From contig CP129477.1 in assembly GCA_030583825.1 (NCBI GenBank), forward strand, positions 74,259 to 138,258: a stretch of DNA of 64,000 nt, given 5' to 3'. Positions within the stretch are counted from its first letter, which is position 1. The number at the start of each line of letters is the position of its first letter. Under the pieces are notes generated by a model. That model saw nothing but the letters and a program-made list of their open reading frames with translations, was not told the DNA's origin and made no database searches. Source of the DNA: Candidatus Dojkabacteria bacterium (GTDB lineage: Bacteria > Patescibacteriota > Dojkabacteria > GCA-002793355). A program made the translations under genes and the position numbers. Below, piece by piece: positions 18,380-27,505 of this stretch.

Positions 18380-20453
18380 CTTTGTTTATTGGTTTAATCT
18401 GAAAATATTTTGTAACAGGCTTCTGACCAGATACTTTGTCCTGAACCTTCACTGTATTAATTCCTTGTGTCTGAAAATACCCCTTATCTGAGGCTGTATT
18501 TATAATATTCATCCTGTTTTGAGGATTTTGGACATACTGTTGAATCTGATTTTGATTCATTTTTCCATCAAGAACTTGATTCTTTGAGTACCACTCAGAT
18601 AGGTGACTCCAATGTTTATCGTTGCCTGAATCGAAAGTTCTTCCTTGCACAATTTCTGTAGGTTTGTTCGTAATCACATCAGATAAATACTGATTGGTAT
18701 TGGGATTTGAAAAACTTACCTGAGATAAATCCATCATTTGATGAATTGTGGCTGGTTTTTCAGTTAAAGGCTCACCAAGTGAAGAAGTGAAGTTGCTTTG
18801 TGAATATCCGTTACTAACAATATTTGAGTCTTTAACAGAAAGATCCTTGATTTTTTCAATATTAGGAGAAGTTGAGTATAAAGTTTTCGGTGTCTGAATA
18901 TCCTTTAAAGTTCTTCCACTCAAAGGCTTCATGCCAAGTTGTGAGAATGCTTTTGTAGCAGACCCACCTGAACTGACAACTGCGTTAAAAGAACCTGCTT
19001 TTGCAGTAGTCCCTCCTGACTTTAGTGCAACACCAGAATCAAGGGCTTTCTTTGCAGTACCACCAATTGGCAATTTAGAAACGATAGCTTCACCGAGTGC
19101 TTTACCTGCTAGATTTCTTATCGAGGTTGATTTTCCACCACTTGCTCCTGCTACAACACTTTCTTTCATCCTTCTTGCTTGACCTACAGTTGCACCTGCG
19201 ACAATTCCACCTGCAACAGAACCTCCAATTCCCCAAAGGATTCCAGAGAATCGATTTATTATTGAAGGAATAATATTTAGAAAGGCTAGCGAACCTAAAC
19301 CAAGTATAACTTTAGGTACAGGCTCATTTACACTTTGAATAATTTCAAGTGTTATTCCAATACCAATAAGAAATATCGGTTGCATAAATAAAGTTCTGAG
19401 AGTTTCTTCAATGTACTGTTTGAAAAACTGTCCACCACTCGGAAGTAACCCGATTACAAGCACAATAGGGAATATGATTACATGTAAAAGTAAGTGGAAA
19501 AAGCGAATGATAAATTGAAAAAGTATTGTTACTAGTAAAAAGAATAGTCCAATCCAAAGTATTATTTCAGCAAAGATATTTAGTGTTCCTTGTATTGATA
19601 ACTCAAGCTTAGAATCAACAATCTGCATACCAAGAGCAGTTAGAAGTGACTCTGACAATGTATCTCCACTGCCAACAAGGGCATTTAGTACAAGCCTATT
19701 TAAAGCGTTTACAAGATCAATAGCGTTTGCAAACAAAAATCTCATAGCAACCATACCAACAACAAAGAGAAGTACCTTTTTAGCAACTTCTTTAAGTAAT
19801 TGAATCCCTTTGAATGAACCTTCAAGAACTACATATGTTCCTGTAAGTACAATAATTAGTGGAAGAAGTAACCAAGCTACACTTTGAGTAGCATTGTAGA
19901 ATTTATTTACATGGATAGGGATATTGTTCCCTCTAGCATCAACAATCTGTCCATCACTTTTTGCAATATTTGGAGTAAATGCTACATAATCATCAAATAA
20001 TTCCAATCCTTGCATAATTATTTCTGAAATTGCATCAACAATTGATTCCTGAAAGCTAGAAAACGGATTGAGCATATCAATAGGATTTGGGATTGATTGA
20101 CCTCTGCCAAGCTCTTCTTCTGGTAAATCAAGTACACCAGAATCATCTGGAACTTGATATTCCATTTTTTGTTCAATTACTGTTGGCTCTTGTAATACTG
20201 GGTCTTGTACCTTTGGTTGATATACAAGAAAGAAGACTATTTGGAGAACTCCAATAACAATTGTTAAGATAATTCCCCAAATAAAAAGCTTGTTTATAAG
20301 ACTCTTTTCTTCATTTCCAGCCTTTTGGATTTTATCTTTCATCTCGAAAGCTTGTTTTTCAATTGTTTTGTATGAATTTAAGAAGTTAAACATTGGCAAT
20401 ATATTTGATAGCTTCCAAAATAAAATCTGGCTTAAACAGAAAGATTGCTGCAA
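18348..20453 (-). CDS. VirB6/TrbL-like polytopic membrane protein with a Gly/Ser-rich C-terminal extension.
   Basis: Multiple predicted TM helices in the central region and a G/S/A-rich low-complexity tail. An alternative start at 20342 (MKDKIQ...) would remove the overlap with the upstream pilin-like ORF. Confidence 0.5.
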   Translation of the reverse strand: MQQSFCLSQILFWKLSNILPMFNFLNSYKTIEKQAFEMKDKIQKAGNEEKSLINKLFIWGIILTIVIGVLQIVFFLVYQPKVQDPVLQEPTVIEQKMEYQVPDDSGVLDLPEEELGRGQSIPNPIDMLNPFSSFQESIVDAISEIIMQGLELFDDYVAFTPNIAKSDGQIVDARGNNIPIHVNKFYNATQSVAWLLLPLIIVLTGTYVVLEGSFKGIQLLKEVAKKVLLFVVGMVAMRFLFANAIDLVNALNRLVLNALVGSGDTLSESLLTALGMQIVDSKLELSIQGTLNIFAEIILWIGLFFLLVTILFQFIIRFFHLLLHVIIFPIVLVIGLLPSGGQFFKQYIEETLRTLFMQPIFLIGIGITLEIIQSVNEPVPKVILGLGSLAFLNIIPSIINRFSGILWGIGGSVAGGIVAGATVGQARRMKESVVAGASGGKSTSIRNLAGKALGEAIVSKLPIGGTAKKALDSGVALKSGGTTAKAGSFNAVVSSGGSATKAFSQLGMKPLSGRTLKDIQTPKTLYSTSPNIEKIKDLSVKDSNIVSNGYSQSNFTSSLGEPLTEKPATIHQMMDLSQVSFSNPNTNQYLSDVITNKPTEIVQGRTFDSGNDKHWSHLSEWYSKNQVLDGKMNQNQIQQYVQNPQNRMNIINTASDKGYFQTQGINTVKVQDKVSGQKPVTKYFQIKPINKDAGNSTAKTK

Positions 20454-20724
20454 TTATCAAGAAGAAAATATCTCTGGCTATTTTTCCTCTCATCATTGGA
20501 TTATCACCGCCATTCAGTAGTTCAAAAGCATCTTTTATGATAAATAGAATTAGAACTCCTGAACCAACCCTTGTTGCAATTGTGATGACTCTCTCAATAA
20601 TTGCTGAAATCTCTGCACTTGGATCACTTTGTGCATAAACTGTTTGAGCAAAGATAATCGGCGACATTGCAACTGTGGCAATTGATAAGGTAACTTTTTT
20701 GAGTTTTTCTATTTTGTTAGACAT
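20386..20724 (-). CDS. VirB2/TrbC-like pilin candidate (112 aa).
   Basis: A signal-peptide-like N-terminus (VTLSIATVAMSPIIFAQTVYAQS) is followed by two hydrophobic helices. It sits directly upstream of the VirB6-like gene. Confidence 0.4.
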   Translation of the reverse strand: MSNKIEKLKKVTLSIATVAMSPIIFAQTVYAQSDPSAEISAIIERVITIATRVGSGVLILFIIKDAFELLNGGDNPMMRGKIARDIFFLIIAAIFLFKPDFILEAIKYIANV

Positions 20725-20739
20725 AATAAATTTGTTAAT

Positions 20740-20880
20740 AAATTATTTAGTTTCTTCCTCAAGTAAAGCCTCATCGACTTTCTTGAGCTTTTTATCTCTT
20801 TTTTCCCTGTGTACACCTCGGAAAAAGATAATCGAGACGTACACAACAAATAGGCTTACAAATACAATTAGCGTTATCAT
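20740..20880 (-). CDS. Small single-TM protein (~46 aa), below the size cutoff of the supplied ORF track.
   Basis: Found by manual translation of the minus strand: MITLIVFVSLFVVYVSIIFFRGVHREKRDKKLKKVDEALLEEETK. Its start overlaps the adhesin stop (ATGA-type coupling). Confidence 0.25.
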
Positions 20881-23800
20881 TTTTGTTTCTTTTTGCGATT
20901 AATAAGTAAGATTGAGATACCAGTTCCGATTGAGATAAGCCCTATACCAATTACAAGAGGAGGTATAATTGATTGACCTGTTTGGGCAAGGATTACATCC
21001 CGATAAATACCTGCATTTAAGAAGTTGATACATCCAGAAGCTGTTAAGTATCTGACACCATCTATCTCATAATCTTCAATCTCACCGCTTTCGCTAGGAG
21101 CGAGTAGAACAAGCTTAAACTCATCGGGAGTAGTAATATTGTCAAAACCCTCTGGTTTGAAGACTTTGATCGTTAGCAATGTGTGATATGGAAGTCCTGT
21201 GTATTCATAATGACCATTGAATTCTGTATAGATATCTACGGAGTTTTCAACAAGATACTCTGATTCAGCCCATTTAATATTGATCTTTACATCTGGAATT
21301 CCTTGTTCTGATTCATCATACTTTCCGTTATTATTTGAGTCTTCCCAAATAAAGCCACCCATACAACACGAACTCGCAACTGCTGTAACAACTTCACTTT
21401 CAATTTCTTCAATAACAGGGGTAAATATTACAGCTGAGTTTCTAATTTCAGTTCCGCTTTCTGTGGGGATATTAATAACTACTCTAAATGAGACTGAGCC
21501 TTCTTCTTCTGAGCTAAGCTGACCGATATTCCAAGAAACTTGATTAGTTTCATTATCAAAAGTTCCTTCAATACCACTTTCAGTTGCAAGGAACTCAACA
21601 AAGCTCGTATGCTCTGGTATTGAATCGGTAATTACAGTTTCAGGAGAATAACCTGTACCAGTATTTCGATAAAGTATTGTGTAAACAATACTTTGACCAG
21701 GTGCAACTACTTCTGGCAGTTCCTGTAATTTCTCAAGTTCAAGAATAGGGGCGTGAACCACTACTTCAACCTCATCAGATACAATAGGTCTCTCGTTTTC
21801 ATTCAGATCTACATAATCATAGCCAACTTCATTATTGAAAGTATCAAGATCTGTTATAGGGACTAAGAATTTTGCTGTTATCATAATATCAATACTTTCA
21901 CCCGCATCAAGAGATACATTAAATGAGATATTTTGCCCATCAACTACTATTTGATCTTTTGGGAAATCACTTGCTACAAATTCAAGTCCTTCTGGAAGTG
22001 TATCGGATACAATTCCATTTGCTCTTGAACTGCCTATATTCTCAACGTGAATTGAGTAGGTTACTTCTTCATCACTTTGATACTCAAGCTTGTCTGAATC
22101 CTTAGTAATTTCAGCATTGGGCTGATTAACTCTGATAATTGCGTTATCTGTATCTATTTCAACAAGTTCGTTTTCAGAAGCAATTGCGGAGACGTTATCA
22201 ATCAACCTTTGAGCATCATCTGGAGATAGGGTGATATCTGAGCTCGGATTTATTTGAACTCTAAACTCTTTTACCTTCCATTCTTGCCCAACCTGTAGCT
22301 CTCCGATATTCCATCTAATATCAAACCCTATTGCAGTTTCGATTACCTCAATTTCGTCTGAGATATCAAAGATGTCCTCTAAAAGGATGATTTGATACTG
22401 ATTGCCATTTTCATCAGTAATGAATTTTGGGAGATGGTCTTCAATGTAAGTATCGGGACTGTGAGCATTACCTGTATTTCTGTAGACTAGAGTATATTTA
22501 AGTGTGTCTCCTGCAATAACAAAAACATCACTATCAGTTCCGAAGACTTCATCTGCATCTGCTCCGTATTCATCATGATCAACTTCGTTTCCACTATTAG
22601 ATCTACCATTTTCTAAAGCAGTCTCGTTGATTACATATTTCTCTATATCGGTTTCAGGGTAAGCATTTACAGGCAAGTTATGTTCTGTCTGATCAGGAGG
22701 ATAAAAGGAAGTCTCAGTTATAGCTACGTTTTCAAGATTAGTAGTCCCAACTGGAAAAACAGGATCAAGAGTTGCATCAAAACTGAGGGTCTTACTTTCT
22801 CCCCATATACTTCTTGGATCTGGATCATATGAGCCATTAAGAATGTATTGAGGCTCTGTAGTACTCCATACAACACGCCTTAACTGTTCATCCCATGCTC
22901 CATCATCTGAAATATTACTAATACTCATTCTTTCAGGTACAAGATCGTAAACCTCTGTGTTGTAGGCATTACCTGTCCCAACATTTCTTACATTAATTAC
23001 CCAATGAATTGTTTGAGAAGGTTCTGCACTTTCAAGTCCATCATCCTTTGTTATTTCAAGAATAGGGGCATGGATAGTTGTAATTGTGGAATCACTAATA
23101 GGTGGTACTTCTTGCGTTCTTACCTCAGCGATATTATTAATTTGAGTATTATCATCAATACCTGCATTAAATTGCACATCGAATGTAACTGTATGATTTT
23201 CTCCCTGAGGCAAATCGCCGATATCCCAAACAATTTCTCCAACCAACTGTCCATTTACAATCCTTGTTGTTAAAACACCGTTATCACTAATGTTTCTGAT
23301 TGATCCATTTCTAATGACTTCGGAGACATTATCATGAATGGTTACAAGATGAGCATCAGCGTCACCGCTATTTTCTATATTAATCGAATAGGTCGATAAC
23401 CTTTCGGCATTGTCTGGATGCCCACCTTGTAAGTGGTTAGAATTAGTATTTGTTTCATCACTATCGGAAACTGTTTTATCAATTTCCATTCTAACCTCAG
23501 CAGTAATATTGGTCTGTGTGGAATCGTCAATAGGATTAGTCTGGTCTGAATCAACTGTTACAGTATTTGGTGCTTGATATGTACCATGAGCTAGTGGGGC
23601 TGTTACTCTAGCTCTAATGGTAAATGTTTCAGTCTGTTGATTTTGTAAATTACCAATATTCCAAGTTATTGTATTGCCATTATCAGAGCCTCCATCAGCA
23701 TCGAGGATCTCAAGCATATCTTCTTCATAATCATCCACAACTACAACACCTGTTGCATTTCCACCAGTATTTCTTACTGTTATGTCATAAGTAATCTCTT

Positions 23801-25028
23801 CATTTGGTCTAGAGTCATTTGATTCAACTCTGGTTTCATCATTATCAGATACAACTTTATTGACAGAGATATTTGGGGGTACGTTTAAAGTAGTGTTGTC
23901 TGAGTAAACTGTATAAGGTAGTAATTCGATAAAGTAGTAATCGCCTTGAGGATATGAAACAAAATCTGGTTGTCTTCCAGTCCACCCAGAAGGAGCACCA
24001 GAATCAGTTCTATTAACTATTATTGTTCTAGTTTCGGGATTATGATCATAAATACTTGAGCCTGCTATTGCACCTTCCTCTTTATGTCTATTTGGATCGG
24101 AAATTCTTGCAGGTAAGCTTGTTATATTTGTAGGATAACTAGCCCCCATATTGGCGTAATAAGTAAAAGTCCTTGTTTGACCTGAACTGAAAGTTACTGT
24201 TTGATCAAAAGTTTCGCCACTTGGAAGATCATCAACAACCCTGATATTTGCGAGATTATAGGAAGAAACATTTCTAACAGTTAAATCATATCTGATTCTT
24301 AGATTTCCACCTCCAATAAACTCTGGTGTGGCAATTCTTGATTGAATCTGAATTGGCTGTATAGTTGTGAATGAGTAAATTGTTCTTCCACTTGGAGGAT
24401 TACTTAAAGGATTTGCAGGATATGTACCTAAATTGCCAAGACTTACATATCTTCCATTCCTTGTCTGCCAGTTACCCATATATAGATAATTGACTCCCCC
24501 TACAGAACCACCAGAACCAAGTCGTCCCCAATCACCATTTGAAGTATTACTTCTTGATACAAAAAGGTAAGCATGATCTGCTGTAATTGAATGACCTGAA
24601 TAATTATGAATATAATAACCGACATCAATTCGTGTATTAGGCGGTACTGCAACTCTATCAGCAACCCCTCGATATCTATGAGCATCTGGATATGTCACAT
24701 CAGCTACATCATGAAAATTGTGATTTTCTGGATATGCACCACTTTCACCATAAACTTGAGAAGCATTATACGAAACACAATTTGCCCCTGAGCAGTTATT
24801 TGGCAAGCTTCTGTACGAAACAGAAGTTGCTTGTGCAAAGTTACAATTATCAGCATCAGCTGACGGATAGAATGAATCAGCATAAACTGGTTGTAAGAGC
24901 AAAAGATTATATATACCAGAGATTGAGAGTATAAAATTCAGAATTATGAATTTCTTCAATATTCCTACTTTCTTAACTCTCTTTACAATCTTCTTGAGCA
25001 GTTGAAACTTAAAATATTTACTTCTCAT
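20877..25028 (-). CDS. Giant cell-wall-anchored surface adhesin (1383 aa) with DUF11 repeats, an SdrD-B-like domain and an LAQTG sorting signal.
   Basis: N-terminal signal/TM. At least five DUF11-type repeats (e.g. TLKYTLVYRNTGNAHSPDTYIEDHLP and VTYSIHVENIGSSRANGIVSDTLPEGLEFV). A C-terminal CCMGGFIWEDSNNNGKYD region is SdrD-B-like. The protein ends with LAQTG, then a hydrophobic stretch, then RKKKQK. Confidence 0.7.
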   Translation of the reverse strand: MRSKYFKFQLLKKIVKRVKKVGILKKFIILNFILSISGIYNLLLLQPVYADSFYPSADADNCNFAQATSVSYRSLPNNCSGANCVSYNASQVYGESGAYPENHNFHDVADVTYPDAHRYRGVADRVAVPPNTRIDVGYYIHNYSGHSITADHAYLFVSRSNTSNGDWGRLGSGGSVGGVNYLYMGNWQTRNGRYVSLGNLGTYPANPLSNPPSGRTIYSFTTIQPIQIQSRIATPEFIGGGNLRIRYDLTVRNVSSYNLANIRVVDDLPSGETFDQTVTFSSGQTRTFTYYANMGASYPTNITSLPARISDPNRHKEEGAIAGSSIYDHNPETRTIIVNRTDSGAPSGWTGRQPDFVSYPQGDYYFIELLPYTVYSDNTTLNVPPNISVNKVVSDNDETRVESNDSRPNEEITYDITVRNTGGNATGVVVVDDYEEDMLEILDADGGSDNGNTITWNIGNLQNQQTETFTIRARVTAPLAHGTYQAPNTVTVDSDQTNPIDDSTQTNITAEVRMEIDKTVSDSDETNTNSNHLQGGHPDNAERLSTYSINIENSGDADAHLVTIHDNVSEVIRNGSIRNISDNGVLTTRIVNGQLVGEIVWDIGDLPQGENHTVTFDVQFNAGIDDNTQINNIAEVRTQEVPPISDSTITTIHAPILEITKDDGLESAEPSQTIHWVINVRNVGTGNAYNTEVYDLVPERMSISNISDDGAWDEQLRRVVWSTTEPQYILNGSYDPDPRSIWGESKTLSFDATLDPVFPVGTTNLENVAITETSFYPPDQTEHNLPVNAYPETDIEKYVINETALENGRSNSGNEVDHDEYGADADEVFGTDSDVFVIAGDTLKYTLVYRNTGNAHSPDTYIEDHLPKFITDENGNQYQIILLEDIFDISDEIEVIETAIGFDIRWNIGELQVGQEWKVKEFRVQINPSSDITLSPDDAQRLIDNVSAIASENELVEIDTDNAIIRVNQPNAEITKDSDKLEYQSDEEVTYSIHVENIGSSRANGIVSDTLPEGLEFVASDFPKDQIVVDGQNISFNVSLDAGESIDIMITAKFLVPITDLDTFNNEVGYDYVDLNENERPIVSDEVEVVVHAPILELEKLQELPEVVAPGQSIVYTILYRNTGTGYSPETVITDSIPEHTSFVEFLATESGIEGTFDNETNQVSWNIGQLSSEEEGSVSFRVVINIPTESGTEIRNSAVIFTPVIEEIESEVVTAVASSCCMGGFIWEDSNNNGKYDESEQGIPDVKINIKWAESEYLVENSVDIYTEFNGHYEYTGLPYHTLLTIKVFKPEGFDNITTPDEFKLVLLAPSESGEIEDYEIDGVRYLTASGCINFLNAGIYRDVILAQTGQSIIPPLVIGIGLISIGTGISILLINRKKKQK

Positions 25029-25117
25029 AGATGTAAATCAAAATATTAAATAAAGCTTTCACTTGAGACAGGGCTACTCAACTGCTCAAGGTAAAAGTAG
25101 CCCTGTCTCAAAGACCC

Positions 25118-25441
25118 TCAGAAAACCCTAAAGATATTTCGATCTATTCTTTGAGAACCAATAATCCTTTTTTTCGTTAGTCTTTTTATTGAATTAATTA
25201 TCTTAACTTCATCAAACCCAAATCCTTCCGAAACAACTATTCTTTTTCCATCAGATGTAAATTTATCTATACCCCAAATTAAGTCATCAATTAAAAGATC
25301 AAAATATTGGTTTACTTTTTCGTATTTGAGGAGAATCAAAATCACTGATGCAACACGAAAATCAATATCCTTCAAATAAGGACTATCTAGTAAAACTAGT
25401 TTTTCAAATCTTTTATCTAATGACATCTTTTTCATTACCAA
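25118..25441 (-). CDS. Hypothetical protein (107 aa).
   Basis: ORF in the operon divergent from the XRE regulator. Confidence 0.35.
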   Translation of the reverse strand: MVMKKMSLDKRFEKLVLLDSPYLKDIDFRVASVILILLKYEKVNQYFDLLIDDLIWGIDKFTSDGKRIVVSEGFGFDEVKIINSIKRLTKKRIIGSQRIDRNIFRVF

Positions 25442-25895
25442 TAAAAACTACTGAATTATGTATATGAACAATTATTTTTGAACTGTTTTTATATTTAGAG
25501 ATATGAACCTCTGGGATTTCAATACCTTTTTTCCTACAAGCTTTTGCTAGATTTAAAGCTCTGGCTTCGATTTTTACAGATCTTGGATTTAAGTTTGAGA
25601 CTGCTTCTATATAGTCATTAATGTCTGTAATTTTAAAAAATCCTGCAGGCAGACTAGACTTAGAACCAATAGGCTCAAATCTCTCATTTATCAAGTACTG
25701 AACAACTTTTCTAATCTCTCGATCAGTTAGCGGAACAATCTGCATCAATTCTGATACCTGAATCGGGTTTTCTAAACCTTCATGCAAGAAGATCTCATCT
25801 AATATTCTTTGTATGTATTTTTCCGCAATAGTTTTCATATTTCTTTTTGTATTTTTAAAACACAAAAGGCTACGCTTTACATTGAGATGAATCAT
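25413..25895 (-). CDS. Hypothetical protein (160 aa).
   Basis: ORF that overlaps its neighbours. Confidence 0.35.
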   Translation of the reverse strand: MIHLNVKRSLLCFKNTKRNMKTIAEKYIQRILDEIFLHEGLENPIQVSELMQIVPLTDREIRKVVQYLINERFEPIGSKSSLPAGFFKITDINDYIEAVSNLNPRSVKIEARALNLAKACRKKGIEIPEVHISKYKNSSKIIVHIHNSVVFIGNEKDVIR

Positions 25896-26154
25896 CTGAG
25901 GGGGCGATTTCCTCAGAAAGCGTAGCCTTGTCTGTCTTAAATTTTCTTTCTTCTAATTGCTGTATTGCTAATCTACCTGCCGTAGTTAAATGAGCCTCAA
26001 TAAGAGGCTTTGAAATCATTGCAACAGCAAGAAGTTGTTCGTCAGAGTAGTCTTTAAACCGTTGATACCCACCTTGTGAAATTCTCATCTTGATGAAGCT
26101 AAATACTTCATCTAAGGTGACCTGTGTAAATTTGAATTGACTGCTCAAGTTCAT
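25870..26154 (-). CDS. Hypothetical small protein (94 aa), first gene of the divergent operon and a candidate excisionase/RDF by position.
   Basis: It occupies the Xis-equivalent position in an ICEBs1-like int-immA-immR | xis layout. No recognisable motif. Confidence 0.3.
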   Translation of the reverse strand: MNLSSQFKFTQVTLDEVFSFIKMRISQGGYQRFKDYSDEQLLAVAMISKPLIEAHLTTAGRLAIQQLEERKFKTDKATLSEEIAPSDDSSQCKA

Positions 26155-26303
26155 ATGTTTTTCCTTTATGTATAATCACCTTGAGCAGTTTGATACATTA
26201 CAGTTATCAATAATATACATATGAGTTATCAGAATGTCAAGTCCCATGTATCAGAAAATTATCTAACTGTTGTTTCATCCCTTCGTAGCATATACTTTCA
26301 CTG

Positions 26304-26333
26304 TTGACATTAATGTGCATCTAGTGATACAAT
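26304..26333 (+). promoter_or_regulatory. Sigma70-like promoter for the XRE regulator gene, in the divergent control region.
   Basis: TTGACA (26304-26309), an 18-nt spacer, then an extended -10 TGaTACAAT (26325-26333). Confidence 0.4.
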
Positions 26334-26372
26334 CCTATACAAATTAGTAACTCTATTTATAAAAACATTGAG

Positions 26373-26831
26373 ATGAATAAAGAAATAGTTGGAAAACAAT
26401 TAAAAAAGGCTCGTACAGAAAAGAATTTATCTCAAGAGGAACTAGCTCAAAAGGTCGGGATTTCCAGAATGATGATTAGTAGATACGAAATATCATCAAG
26501 TGATATCCCGCTTGAAAAACTTCAAAGAATCGCTGAAATATTAGATAAACCTATCTCCTTTTTCTTTGGTGAGGAACCTAAACAGGATTCACAGCAAGTA
26601 TGGAAAGAAGCACAAAAATATCTTGAGCTATTAAAAGATAAAGTTGGTGGAGACATTTTATTATCCCCTAAAGAAATGCTTGCTTTTTCACTTGGTCCAA
26701 ATGCAAATACTGATCAGGCAATCAGTGAAGCAAAGACCATGATGAAAAACTGGTATATCGCAAATAAATTAGAAGAATCAACTAATAAAACATTCGAAGA
26801 ATGGTGGGAAAATATGAAGAAAGAAAACTAA
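26373..26831 (+). CDS. XRE-family HTH transcriptional regulator, ImmR/cI-like candidate repressor of the element.
   Basis: N-terminal HTH_3 (LSQEELAQKVGISRMMISRYE). It is divergent from the transfer operon and followed by an HExxH peptidase gene. Confidence 0.65.
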   Translation: MNKEIVGKQLKKARTEKNLSQEELAQKVGISRMMISRYEISSSDIPLEKLQRIAEILDKPISFFFGEEPKQDSQQVWKEAQKYLELLKDKVGGDILLSPKEMLAFSLGPNANTDQAISEAKTMMKNWYIANKLEESTNKTFEEWWENMKKEN

Positions 26832-26882
26832 TTTTATGTTTTTGCCCGATAAGGGATTTCCTTATCGGTTTTATCACTACCA

Positions 26883-26912
26883 AAAGGAGGCTGAAAAGCC
26901 TCCTTTTTTTTT
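26883..26912 (+). terminator. Rho-independent terminator after the XRE gene.
   Basis: AAAAGGAGGCT-GAAA-AGCCTCCTTTTTTTTT. A second hairpin, CCCGATAAGG...CCTTATCGG, lies just upstream. Confidence 0.6.
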
Positions 26913-26987
26913 GGCTAAATAAATTAGTTTAGTTAGGAAAACTGCCCATGACTACCCTGATATTAATTATTGGGAATAAAGTAGAAA

Positions 26988-27338
26988 ATGATTTTACCTC
27001 TTGTCCAAGACATGCTAAACATGTCGGCTCAAAGCCTAAGGACAAGATTCCCTCAAGATTACAGATATATAAAGGCTATAGCTCAAGAAAAATGGCCACA
27101 TATAAAAATTGAGGAAAAATCATTTAAGGAAAATATTAAAGGGATTAGAAATCTTATTGGTGATTCAAGTGTATATTGGCTTATCGTAATCAATACTGAA
27201 TTACCAGAGGAAGAAAAGTACTTAACTTTAATTCATGAACTATTGCATTGCACTATAGATGAAATTAAATTACTTGGAAAAGAAGATGAAGAAAGACTTG
27301 TAACATCAATCGAAAAGGAAATATCAGATTCCTTTTGA
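26988..27338 (+). CDS. ImmA/IrrE-like HExxH metallopeptidase candidate (anti-repressor protease).
   Basis: LIHELLHCTIDE carries HExxH. It follows the XRE gene as in ImmR-ImmA modules. At 116 aa it is small for the family. Confidence 0.4.
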   Translation: MILPLVQDMLNMSAQSLRTRFPQDYRYIKAIAQEKWPHIKIEEKSFKENIKGIRNLIGDSSVYWLIVINTELPEEEKYLTLIHELLHCTIDEIKLLGKEDEERLVTSIEKEISDSF

Positions 27339-27370
27339 GAAGCTTTTTAAAAAATGATAATATATAAGTG

Positions 27371-27480
27371 ACCACAACTTATTTCGATGTAGACCTTAGT
27401 CATCTTAGGAAAAGATGATAATAAGGGCGATTCGTACAATTCTACATCGTAGAGTTGTGGTCAACGAGTCGCCCTTTTTT
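27371..27480 (+). promoter_or_regulatory. Imperfect ~23-bp inverted repeat plus a terminator-like hairpin with a T6 run, lying between the ImmA-like gene and the integrase.
   Basis: ACCACAACTTATTTCGATGTAGA (27371-27393) pairs with TCTACATCGTAGAGTTGTGGT (27441-27463). GGGCGATTCG (27425-27434) pairs with CGAGTCGCCC (27465-27474), followed by TTTTTT. Confidence 0.4.
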
Positions 27481-27505
27481 GTTAAATAAATATTTAATAA
27501 TAACT

